This document shows positions 56,165 through 64,000 of a stretch of 64,000 nt of DNA, in pieces. Position numbers and translations under genes: made by a program. Source of the DNA: an uncultured Thomasclavelia sp. (lineage in GTDB: Bacteria; Bacillota_I; Bacilli_A; Erysipelotrichales; Coprobacillaceae); the NCBI GenBank assembly GCA_910588165.1, contig CAJUOR010000001.1, positions 5,433 through 69,432 on the forward strand. The letters run 5' to 3'. Every line of letters begins with the position of its first letter. Position 1 is the first letter of the stretch. Below the pieces are notes generated by a model. The model ran no database searches. It was not told the origin of the DNA and worked only from the letters and a program-made list of their open reading frames with translations.

Positions 56165-56193
56165 ATTATATGCAATATTTAAAAGAATAGCAA
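56165..56193 (-). promoter_or_regulatory. Sigma-A promoter driving the riboswitch-ATPase transcript
   Basis: Minus strand TTGCTA-17 nt-TATAAT, about 7 nt upstream of the aptamer 5' end. Confidence 0.65.
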
Positions 56194-56226
56194 GAATTTT
56201 AATAAAAATAAACTTTTCAAAGAAAC

Positions 56227-56478
56227 TTATCGCATAACTTCAATAAATGTTTCTTGGTTTAGCATTTCACCTTTTTCCAAAATCGCATTTTGTTCCTTTT
56301 CATCTAACTCCAAAATCTGATTGATTTCCTGTGGTGAAAATCCCATTAAAGATAACCTTACTGTTTGATAGTTAAAGCCCAGCATCATAATCAACATTCC
56401 GATAACAACCATCACTAATGCCAGTAAATCTGCAAATGTTCTATTTTCGTTTTCCATCTTCATCACCTTCAACGACAT
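56227..56478 (-). CDS. 83-aa membrane-anchored protein duplicating the N-terminal module of the adjacent VanY-type carboxypeptidase
   Basis: TM, then LMGFSPQEINQILELDEKEQNAIL. The neighbour has LSQKGYEKQEIQAIMDVDKEQRALF. Confidence 0.5.
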   Translation of the reverse strand: MSLKVMKMENENRTFADLLALVMVVIGMLIMMLGFNYQTVRLSLMGFSPQEINQILELDEKEQNAILEKGEMLNQETFIEVMR

Positions 56479-56527
56479 TTTATATGCTAAGACTTAACAA
56501 AATAGAAGCATAATCCTTAACAATTCC

Positions 56528-57523
56528 TTAATTCATAGCTTTATATTCTTCTAAAGCCCAATTGTTTTCCTTCATTATTTGAGCCGCTTTCTTGCCCACA
56601 TATCTAAAGTGCCAAGGTTCATTGGCAACATTGGTGATTTCCGTTTTATCTTCGGGATAACGTAATATAAAACCATAATCTACACAATGTGCGACAACCC
56701 AATCGTAATCGGGACTATCACCAAAAACAAAGTATGTGCCATCTTGAACGGACTCACTGCTTAAGTCAATTGCCAAACCTGATTGATGTTCGCTATAGCC
56801 CGGATCCCCGACATACATATCGCAATAAGCTTGCCCATATTCACCTAGATAATAATCATAAATATCCTCTTGATCAAAATAACTACGATAACTGCTGTTG
56901 TTTAAAAGGATATATCCTTCTTCTCCTGCATCATCAGCCATAGCTTTTAAAGCCTCATTAGCCTCTTGACGTAAATATTGTAAAGGCTCATTGTCCTCGG
57001 AACTGGGAATAGCACATTTTTCCAAATCCGATGGAACATAACTCATACTAAAATGCGCCTTGTTTGTGACTAATAATTCAATATCTGTTGGATTTGACAT
57101 CAACTCATTGGCATTCGTATCTTCTATATAATCTTCAATCTTATCTTGTTTCACTTTTGCATAAAAGGACTTTTTTGTATCAGGGCTAGTAAAGATAAAA
57201 ATATTTGGGTTCTCCAAAATTAAATCAACGGTCGTTTTCACTTCTTCACTATCCATGTCTGTATGCAACGACTGATAATCTACATAATCTTGATATCTTT
57301 CGATATTTGGCGATAACCTTAGCCAAGTCATAACATCATCTATTTTTTCTGTTTCAAAAAATAACGCACGTTGCTCTTTATCCACGTCCATAATCGCTTG
57401 AATTTCCTGCTTCTCATATCCCTTTTGACTAAGCTGTATGCGAGGAACTAAATAACCGGCACCAATTCCGGATAAACCCGCTATAGCAACAACGCTTATT
57501 TTTAATTTTGTTAAGCGTTTCAT
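56528..57523 (-). CDS. D-alanyl-D-alanine carboxypeptidase, VanY/M15B family
   Basis: SYRSYFDQ, SEHQSGLAIDL and EPWHFRYVG zinc-peptidase motifs. N-terminal TM anchor. Confidence 0.85.
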   Translation of the reverse strand: MKRLTKLKISVVAIAGLSGIGAGYLVPRIQLSQKGYEKQEIQAIMDVDKEQRALFFETEKIDDVMTWLRLSPNIERYQDYVDYQSLHTDMDSEEVKTTVDLILENPNIFIFTSPDTKKSFYAKVKQDKIEDYIEDTNANELMSNPTDIELLVTNKAHFSMSYVPSDLEKCAIPSSEDNEPLQYLRQEANEALKAMADDAGEEGYILLNNSSYRSYFDQEDIYDYYLGEYGQAYCDMYVGDPGYSEHQSGLAIDLSSESVQDGTYFVFGDSPDYDWVVAHCVDYGFILRYPEDKTEITNVANEPWHFRYVGKKAAQIMKENNWALEEYKAMN

Positions 57524-57595
57524 ATGCTCCCCCTCTCATACGTCTATTATAGGAACTAAAATTTAAGATATACTGTTCAAAGTATTAAAATATTC

Positions 57596-58156
57596 TTAAC
57601 TTTGGCAAGATGCTAAATAATGCTCCCTACCTAATGTATATAAATTGTTTCCCTCATCATCAATAATGACAACTAAAGGCAAGTCTTCTACTTCAAGACG
57701 ACGAATAGCTTCCGGTCCTAAATCTTCAAACGCAATCACTTCAGCTTTTTTGACTGTATTTCCGATTATTGCTCCTGCTCCGCCAATCGCTCCGAAATAA
57801 ACCGCATGGTTTTCTTTCATCGCTTCAATCACTTCCTTGTTACGATAACCTTTACCAATCATGCCACTTAAACCTAAACCTAGCAATGTCGGTGTATAAG
57901 CGTCCATGCGTCCTGAAGTTGTAGGTCCGCCACTACCGAAAACTTGCTTAGGAGGAGTTGGAGTTGGTCCTACATAATAAATCACACTATCCTTCACTTC
58001 AAAAGGTAAAAGTTCTCCTTTTTGCACCAAGGCTACTAAACGCTTATGAGCGGCATCTCTTCCGGTATAGATAGTTCCGGATAATAAAATCTCGTCACCG
58101 GCTTTTAAATCTTTCACCTTATCCTTTGTCAAAGGCGTTGTTAATCTTTTCCTCAT
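57596..58156 (-). CDS. Fe-S hydro-lyase beta subunit (class I fumarate hydratase / L-tartrate dehydratase type)
   Basis: GTIYTGRDAAHKRL and GKGYR motifs. Overlaps the alpha subunit gene by 4 nt. Confidence 0.8.
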   Translation of the reverse strand: MRKRLTTPLTKDKVKDLKAGDEILLSGTIYTGRDAAHKRLVALVQKGELLPFEVKDSVIYYVGPTPTPPKQVFGSGGPTTSGRMDAYTPTLLGLGLSGMIGKGYRNKEVIEAMKENHAVYFGAIGGAGAIIGNTVKKAEVIAFEDLGPEAIRRLEVEDLPLVVIIDDEGNNLYTLGREHYLASCQS

Positions 58157-58998
58157 ATAATCACCTTCTTATGTCTAGCTACATGACAACAAATCGCAAC
58201 GGCAACAGGCATTCCGGCAATATGTGTCGGTAATGTTTCAATATGTAAAGCAAGTGCTGTCGTCTTGCCACCAAAACCTGCCGGACCAATGCCCAACTGA
58301 TTGATGGCTTCTAATAATTCTTGTTCTAAGGCAGCATATCTTTGATCTTGATGGTGGCTGTCTAAAGGCTTTAACATCGCCTTTTTAGCACTTAGCGCAA
58401 CCGTTTCAAAATTACCGCCAATCCCTACACCGATAACCATTGGCGGACAAGCATTCGCTCCGGCACTTTCTACAGTTTTCAAGACAAAATCTTTAACACC
58501 CTCTACCCCGTCACTTGGCTTTAACATTTTTATCTGCGACATATTCTCAGACCCAAAGCCTTTAGGCGCCAAAGTAATGGCAACCTTATCTCCTTGAACG
58601 ATCGATACATGAATGGTTGCCGGCGTGTTGTTTTTCGTATTAACTCGATCAAATAATGGATCATCGACAATTGATTTACGTAAATAACCCTTTTCATATC
58701 CTTGCGCCACACCTTGATGGATAGCTTCATACAAATCTCCGCCCACAAAATGAACATCTTGTCCTATTTCCAGCATTACCACCGCCATACCTGTATCCTG
58801 ACAAATCGGAATATGAGTCTTGGCGGCAATCTTAGCATTATCCACAATGACTTGAAGTGTTTCCTTAGCCATCGCAAATGGTTCATTTTCTAAACATTCT
58901 TCTAATCTACCTAATACGTCAAAAGGCAGCTGCACACACGCCTTTAACGCTAAATCACAAATAGCTTGTGTGATTTCACAAACATCAATCTCTCTCAT
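58153..58998 (-). CDS. Fe-S hydro-lyase alpha subunit (class I fumarate hydratase / L-tartrate dehydratase type)
   Basis: PICQDTGMAVV motif plus Cys ligands (ICCHV). Confidence 0.8.
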   Translation of the reverse strand: MREIDVCEITQAICDLALKACVQLPFDVLGRLEECLENEPFAMAKETLQVIVDNAKIAAKTHIPICQDTGMAVVMLEIGQDVHFVGGDLYEAIHQGVAQGYEKGYLRKSIVDDPLFDRVNTKNNTPATIHVSIVQGDKVAITLAPKGFGSENMSQIKMLKPSDGVEGVKDFVLKTVESAGANACPPMVIGVGIGGNFETVALSAKKAMLKPLDSHHQDQRYAALEQELLEAINQLGIGPAGFGGKTTALALHIETLPTHIAGMPVAVAICCHVARHKKVII

Positions 58999-59082
58999 TT
59001 TTTCACCCTCTTAGCGATATTTTACCATATTTTACTTCATCTTGGAAAGATTTATGTTACAATTATGAAGAGGTGACTATAG

Positions 59083-59739
59083 ATGCATAAAACACAATAT
59101 GTTATTTTCGATATGGACGGTTTAATGTTCGATACGGAACGTTTAGCTATGATAGCGATGCAAAAGGTTTACGCCAAATACGGTTATCAATTAACCGAAG
59201 AAATCTATCTGAAATTAGTTGGGACAAACGGCGTGGTTTCTTTAAATATTCTACATGAACATTTTGGCAAAGATCTTCCGTTTGAAATACTTGAACAAGA
59301 AACAAGAGCTTTAATGGATATAGAAATTCAACAGAACGGTCTACCTTTCAAGCCAGGTTTAGAAACTTTGTTAAAATATTTAAAAGCGAACAATATTCCT
59401 TGTGCTGTTGCTTCTTCGACTAACCATCGCTATGTAGAGCAGTATCTTACAATTGCCAAGCTAAAAGATTATTTCACATTTATTATCGGTGGTGATGAAG
59501 TAACTAAAACCAAACCTTTCCCTGATATTTTCTTAAAAGCTTTACAAAAGGCAAATGTTGAGGCTTCCCACGCTTTAGTATTAGAAGATTCCGAAAATGG
59601 TATTTTAGCTTCTTGTCGAGCTGAAATACCGGTCATCTGTATCCCCGATATGAAAATACATGGCAAAGAAATTAACGATTTATGCCTAGCTGTTTTGCCT
59701 AGCTTAGATAAAGTGATAGACTATTTACCTACTTATTAA
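59083..59739 (+). CDS. HAD-IA family hydrolase (beta-phosphoglucomutase/phosphatase-like)
   Basis: VIFDMDGLMFDTE, ASST and LEDSENG motifs. Confidence 0.8.
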   Translation: MHKTQYVIFDMDGLMFDTERLAMIAMQKVYAKYGYQLTEEIYLKLVGTNGVVSLNILHEHFGKDLPFEILEQETRALMDIEIQQNGLPFKPGLETLLKYLKANNIPCAVASSTNHRYVEQYLTIAKLKDYFTFIIGGDEVTKTKPFPDIFLKALQKANVEASHALVLEDSENGILASCRAEIPVICIPDMKIHGKEINDLCLAVLPSLDKVIDYLPTY

Positions 59740-59775
59740 AATACAATATTGATATTAAGAAATACATTATTACTT

Positions 59776-59811
59776 GCCTATACAAAACATATATTTTGTA
59801 TAGGCTTTTTT
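59776..59811 (+). terminator. Terminator of the HAD hydrolase gene
   Basis: GCCTATACAAAA-loop-TTTTGTATAGGC followed by TTTTTT. Confidence 0.8.
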
Positions 59812-59814
59812 CTA

Positions 59815-59849
59815 AGAAGAAAACAGAACGGAAATTATCCGTTCTGTTT
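59815..59849 (-). terminator. Terminator of the RpiR-family regulator gene
   Basis: AAACAGAACGG-loop-CCGTTCTGTTT with a U-rich tail on the minus strand. Confidence 0.7.
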
Positions 59850-59853
59850 AAGC

Positions 59854-60672
59854 TTAAGCTTCTTTATTCTCATGTGAATATAGAGCAAAATAACGACAAG
59901 ACAATAATTCAATTGCTGTTAGTAGCGTATGTTTCCCGATTTTCATTTGTTCATGATTGCCTAAGACAATTAAATGATCGACTTGACTAGCTAAACTCAA
60001 TGTAGGATTTTGCGTAATTAAAATAGTTTTTACGCCATTTTTCTTAATGTAACTCAATGCCTTAGATCCCGTACCTAAGTAATTGCCGTTGACAGAAATA
60101 ATGACAGCCACAGAGTCGCTATCTAGTTTTTTCGCACATTCCAATTGCCTTTCTGCGTCCATATATGCAATTGAGAATTTATCTAACATCATCAAATCTG
60201 TTTGGAAATGTAAAGCGGCACTATGCGAAAACTGTGTTCCAAAAAAAGCCACATTTTTCTTATCATGAATTAAACGTAATGCCCCATCAATTTCGTCCCA
60301 ATCTAAGTACTCTGTCAAATTCATAATCTGATTAGCTACCCGTTTTACATAATCAGCCGTTGCCATTTTAGGATCATTTAAAATCAATTGTTCAGACACG
60401 CTTGCCAAGTTACTTGACCGGGTTAAATTCATCTGAAATAACCCACATTCCTGTTTTAAATGAGCAAAATTTTCATAACCTAAAGTTCGACAAAAACGGC
60501 TGATAGTCGCCGGACTGACATAACAGGCTTTAGCTAATTCGCTAATCCCCATACGTGATACCTTTTTAAAATTATTCGCCATATACCAAGCAATATTATA
60601 ATTCGTGTCACTTTCATTAGCTGTATCTAAAAAAATAATCAATCGATAAAATAGGTATTTCACATAACTCAC
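59854..60672 (-). CDS. MurR/RpiR family transcriptional regulator (HTH plus SIS domain)
   Basis: MGISELAKACYVSPATISRFCRTLGYENF HTH_6 motif, with a SIS-like C-terminal half. Confidence 0.85.
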   Translation of the reverse strand: MSYVKYLFYRLIIFLDTANESDTNYNIAWYMANNFKKVSRMGISELAKACYVSPATISRFCRTLGYENFAHLKQECGLFQMNLTRSSNLASVSEQLILNDPKMATADYVKRVANQIMNLTEYLDWDEIDGALRLIHDKKNVAFFGTQFSHSAALHFQTDLMMLDKFSIAYMDAERQLECAKKLDSDSVAVIISVNGNYLGTGSKALSYIKKNGVKTILITQNPTLSLASQVDHLIVLGNHEQMKIGKHTLLTAIELLSCRYFALYSHENKEA

Positions 60673-60829
60673 CCCATGCCTATTATACTATAAAATAACA
60701 TTTTTGGCATTCTTTTTTTTCAAATTCTGAAACTAACTTGACAATTAAGATGTTTTCGCTTGCGAAATTAACTAAGTATATAGACATAATCAATCCAAAT
60801 AATCAACGGATTTAACGTTATTGAATAGC

Positions 60830-61498
60830 TCAATTCAGATGAGCCTTTTTGACTTGAAGCTGATAATACCGCATTCCCAAAAGGGCAAGCACCGCTGTCA
60901 AAACAAAGGTTATAATAGCTAAATGATAATCCTGACTTGCTACCAAATCTCCGCCAACCGTGCTTGTAATGATTGACGGAATCCTCGCAACTGTTGTAAT
61001 GATTAAAAACTGAGTTAAATTTAAACTTGTCAAGGGCATCATATAGGTTAATAAATCTTTAGGTACACCCGGAATCAAGAAAATAAAAAATAAAATCGAA
61101 AATAATTTTTGTTCATTCTTCAAAAAATGCAACTGTGATATTTGTTCCTCTTTAAAAAACTTTGCGACCAACGGTAGTCCTAACTTTTTAACTAAAATAT
61201 AAATAATAATCGAACCTAGCAGTGCCCCGATTAAACATAATAATAAACCTAACCAAGAACCGTAAAGCACCCTTGCCATAATTTCCAAAGGCTCGCCCGG
61301 AAGAAATGCAATCACTATTTGCAACACAACTGCAAAAATAAGCATTAATGCGCCACTAAAGCCAGCCTCTTTTAAACTGGCACTGTTTGTCAACCACTGA
61401 CTGAACGGCTCATACAATAAGCAAGTCAACCCACCAAAGATTAAACAAACAAGACCGATCATCAACCACGAATTTCTTTTTTTAAACATAAACGCCAC
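60830..61498 (-). CDS. TVP38/TMEM64 (DedA-related) family membrane protein
   Basis: FLPGEPLEI and RIPSIITSTVGG motifs, 222 aa. Confidence 0.7.
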   Translation of the reverse strand: MAFMFKKRNSWLMIGLVCLIFGGLTCLLYEPFSQWLTNSASLKEAGFSGALMLIFAVVLQIVIAFLPGEPLEIMARVLYGSWLGLLLCLIGALLGSIIIYILVKKLGLPLVAKFFKEEQISQLHFLKNEQKLFSILFFIFLIPGVPKDLLTYMMPLTSLNLTQFLIITTVARIPSIITSTVGGDLVASQDYHLAIITFVLTAVLALLGMRYYQLQVKKAHLN

Positions 61499-61624
61499 CT
61501 CTTTACATCATGTAGTATAGCCTTGTTTTCCAAAGAAAAAACGTGCATTCAAATTAACTGTTTCTTAACAAACATTATTTTTTTCTTAACGTTGGGCTGT
61601 GCTTCTAAATAAAAAAAGAATTGG

Positions 61625-62200
61625 TCATTTTTCACCAACTCTATCTTGATCTATTTTTTTAATAACTTTAGCCGGAACGCCGGCTACTAAACTATAATCC
61701 GGGACATCTTTTGTCACAACAGAGCCGGCTGCAATCACACAGCCTTGACCAATCGTAACACCGGGCATGATAGAAACGTTAGCGCCAAACCAACAATCAT
61801 CACCTACTGTAATAGGCAAGGCTTGTTCCAAACCTTCGTTTCTTCTTTTGGCATCTAAAGGGTGCGAAGCTGTATAAAAACCACAGTATGGTCCTATGAA
61901 AACATGATTACCGATAGTAATATTTGCCCCATCCATCAAATAACAATAACAGTTAATAAAAACATCATTTCCTAAGTGGATATTTTTCCCATAATCACAA
62001 GTAAAGGGTGGAACAATTTCCAAACCTTGAGGTAAGTAACCCAATATTTCGGAAATAATCTCATATCTTTTTTTGTCGCTTGGTCTAAGCTGATTCAATT
62101 CAAAACATAAATCAAAGCAGTCATATCTTTTTTTAACCAATTCTTGATCATGGTTTGCATCATACCACATACCTAATTGCATTTTTTCCGATTCTCTCAT
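61625..62200 (-). CDS. Maltose/galactoside O-acetyltransferase (left-handed beta-helix)
   Basis: [17 protein letters not shown]-terminal Mac domain; hexapeptide repeats; [12 protein letters not shown]. Confidence 0.85.
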   Translation of the reverse strand: MRESEKMQLGMWYDANHDQELVKKRYDCFDLCFELNQLRPSDKKRYEIISEILGYLPQGLEIVPPFTCDYGKNIHLGNDVFINCYCYLMDGANITIGNHVFIGPYCGFYTASHPLDAKRRNEGLEQALPITVGDDCWFGANVSIMPGVTIGQGCVIAAGSVVTKDVPDYSLVAGVPAKVIKKIDQDRVGEK

Positions 62201-62241
62201 TTTCTACCCTACCTCCTTCTATTGAAACATTCTTTTGCATT

Positions 62242-62832
62242 CTATTCTGTAATATTTTGATTATACAACTCGACTAATGTGAAAATGCCATTTTCGTATT
62301 CGAACTTTAAGATACAGCAGTTATAGAATCTTTCTTTTTTCAACACTTTGGCATATTGTTCCCAAGCACGATAAAACTGAGCACAAGCCGCACCATGCGA
62401 TACTGCCAAAACAGTTTGATGTCCTTCTTTATTCATAATTTCCGTCAAGGTCTGATTCATGCGCTCTCTTAATTCCATTTCCGTATCGCCACCATAAGCT
62501 TTAAAGAAATCACCGTAAGGCAGCTTAGGATTTAAACATTCATCTTTGCCTTCAAAAGCCCCGAAATTCCATTCTTTTAATCCTTTTAAACGCGTATAGG
62601 GCATCTTGCCCTCGGTTACAATCTCCAAAGTATCACAAGCTCTTTCCGATGTTGAACTATACGCATAATCAAATATAATGTTGTTGTTTTTAAAGTATTC
62701 GCCCGCTATTTTTGCCTGCTTGATGCCAAGCGGGGTCAAAGGCGCATCGCACCAACCTTGAATTTTATGTTGCAAATTAAATAAAGTTTGTCCATGGCGC
62801 ATTAAATACAATGTCTTTTTCATTCTCATCAA
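62242..62832 (-). CDS. Histidine phosphatase family protein (GpmB-like)
   Basis: LYLMRHGQTLFN RHG motif and VSHGAA motif. The start may be 9 nt downstream (MKKT). Confidence 0.8.
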   Translation of the reverse strand: MMRMKKTLYLMRHGQTLFNLQHKIQGWCDAPLTPLGIKQAKIAGEYFKNNNIIFDYAYSSTSERACDTLEIVTEGKMPYTRLKGLKEWNFGAFEGKDECLNPKLPYGDFFKAYGGDTEMELRERMNQTLTEIMNKEGHQTVLAVSHGAACAQFYRAWEQYAKVLKKERFYNCCILKFEYENGIFTLVELYNQNITE

Positions 62833-62932
62833 TCCTTTCTTTGCAAGCTTATTATACTAAAACTTTTTTTAAAAGTATAATAATGGTATAGAAATCTGCT
62901 ATAATGAAATAGAATAATGAAAGGAGATGCCT

Positions 62933-63784
62933 ATGATTGAATTTGAAACATTACAACACTTAATTGCCTTTGAAAAGTATAAAACCCTCTCAAACGCAGC
63001 GAAAGCTCTCCATGTTTCCCAACCGGTTTTAACACGGTCGATGCAAAAACTTGAAGAGGCTTTAGAAGTCCAATTATTTGACCGAGCAAAAAATCGCATT
63101 GCTTTAAACGAAACCGGTCTAATAGCTGTCGAATATGCTAAGCGAATCGTGTCTGATACAAACAATATGAAAAATCAAATCAAAGCCTTTGACCGCAAAC
63201 AGCACACCTTTTCCATCGGTTCATGTGCCCCTGCCCCTAATATTCTTCTATCGCAAAAGGCTTCCACCTTTTTCCCTGAAAAAACAATCTCAAGTGAAAT
63301 TAAAGATATGGAAATTTTAAGTGCCGGTTTAGCTGATAAAACCTACAGTGTCATTATCATGCCTTATGATATTGAAGATGACGACATTGAAAGTATTCCT
63401 TTTATGGACGAAGCACTTTATTTCTCTTTACCCTATGACCACCCCTTAGCTAAAGCCGAAAGTCTGTATCTTAAGGATTTAGACGGTCAAAGGATGCTAC
63501 TGATGTCAAACATTGGTTTTTGGCATAGCATTCACCAAAACAGTATGCCTAACACTAAATTTCTGATTCAAGAAGATCGTGGTAACTTTTATGATTTGAT
63601 TGAACTATCATCACTACCGTCATTTACATCTAGTTTCACTATGCACCATGACGGTATGCCACCCAATCGTAAAATTATTCCTATCAAAGATAAAGAGGCG
63701 CAAGCGACCTTTTACTGTTGGTATCGAAAAGAAGATGAGAAAAAATTTGCCTCTTTCCTCTATCATTTAAATGAAGATAAATAA
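62933..63784 (+). CDS. LysR family transcriptional regulator
   Basis: LQHLIAFEKYKTLSNAAKALHVSQPVLTRSMQKLE HTH. RBS AAAGGAG before ATG 62933. Confidence 0.85.
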   Translation: MIEFETLQHLIAFEKYKTLSNAAKALHVSQPVLTRSMQKLEEALEVQLFDRAKNRIALNETGLIAVEYAKRIVSDTNNMKNQIKAFDRKQHTFSIGSCAPAPNILLSQKASTFFPEKTISSEIKDMEILSAGLADKTYSVIIMPYDIEDDDIESIPFMDEALYFSLPYDHPLAKAESLYLKDLDGQRMLLMSNIGFWHSIHQNSMPNTKFLIQEDRGNFYDLIELSSLPSFTSSFTMHHDGMPPNRKIIPIKDKEAQATFYCWYRKEDEKKFASFLYHLNEDK

Positions 63785-63789
63785 AGAAG

Positions 63790-63816
63790 AAAAAAGCGTT
63801 GTAAAACGCTTTTTTA
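63790..63816. terminator. Bidirectional terminator between the LysR gene and the convergent transporter gene
   Basis: AAAAAGCGTT-gta-AAACGCTTTTTT. Confidence 0.7.
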
Positions 63817-64000
63817 TGATACTGTTTTGGTTTCCGCTGTTAAATCTTTCAACCACTTGCCTTGTTTATATCTAACTAAACCTATCAATAATCTAGCTAA
63901 CTGTTCAACTTGAATAATGATAAACAGGAGTGCATAAGATTCAATCCCGAAGACTAAAATGGAAAGATAGGCAATCGGAAGTCCGACAAGCCACATTACA
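63814..64000 (-). CDS. C-terminal fragment of a polytopic transporter (MATE-like); the N-terminus lies beyond the window end
   Basis: The hydrophobic C-terminal helices and the basic tail RYKQGKWLK resemble MATE efflux C-termini. The ORF is open to the window edge. Confidence 0.4.
   Translation of the reverse strand, partial: VMWLVGLPIAYLSILVFGIESYALLFIIIQVEQLARLLIGLVRYKQGKWLKDLTAETKTVS

Noticed and set aside
60754-60767. Short palindrome TTTCGC-TT-GCGAAA upstream of the RpiR-family regulator, as a possible operator
   Set aside because: The arms are only 6 bp, it occurs once, and no supporting second site exists. This is too weak to call.
1-64000. Mobile elements, prophage, CRISPR arrays, defence islands, rRNA/tRNA genes
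   Set aside because: I saw no transposase, integrase or recombinase motifs. There are no direct-repeat/spacer arrays, no long terminal repeats, and no structured-RNA-length GC-rich islands. Intergenic regions are short and explained by promoters and terminators. The only substantial repeat is the ChbG tandem.

Overview
AT-rich, low-GC Firmicutes-type chromosomal window (GC judged by eye only). It is densely packed with about 74 genes, mostly housekeeping, and has many Rho-independent terminators. Part of the gene content recalls the Bacillus yjb region (spx, trpS, yjbA-like, CYTH/yjbK-like, nadK, rluD-like), which suggests a Bacilli or Erysipelotrichia-like organism. I saw no rRNA, tRNA, CRISPR array, transposase, integrase or prophage module.

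Main blocks:
- sbcD (partial), dut
- aroA-aroC-chorismate mutase-aroK operon
- a YtrA-type GntR plus ABC ATPase plus two very large permease-like proteins
- an NCS2 purine permease
- a MacB-type efflux operon with two membrane-fusion proteins
- RNase J, TrkAH
- a pyruvate formate-lyase locus
- FtsW/RodA, NAD kinase
- two P-type cation ATPases
- ComK, tandem ChbG/YdjC paralogs, AsnA, TldD/PmbA, VanY-type carboxypeptidase, two-subunit class I fumarase, several regulators

Most notable observations:
1. The pyruvate formate-lyase is encoded in pieces. A 688-aa catalytic core stops just before the glycyl-radical domain. A 68-aa ORF follows that looks like a degenerate partial copy of the start of that domain. 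A free-standing 80-aa glycyl-radical domain gene with its own RBS comes next. An orphan PTS EIIB gene is wedged before pflA.
2. The ORF track cannot show a yybP-ykoY (Mn2+) riboswitch with an expression-platform terminator and a near-consensus promoter. It lies in front of the second P-type ATPase.
3. The tandem ChbG paralogs carry an apparent internal gene-conversion tract.
4. Several orphan-domain or degenerate proteins are present: a FakA middle-domain mini-protein, a Cys-less membrane-anchored EIIB-like protein, and a metallophosphoesterase with substituted metal ligands.

All functional calls come from motif and family recognition by eye. No database search was run.
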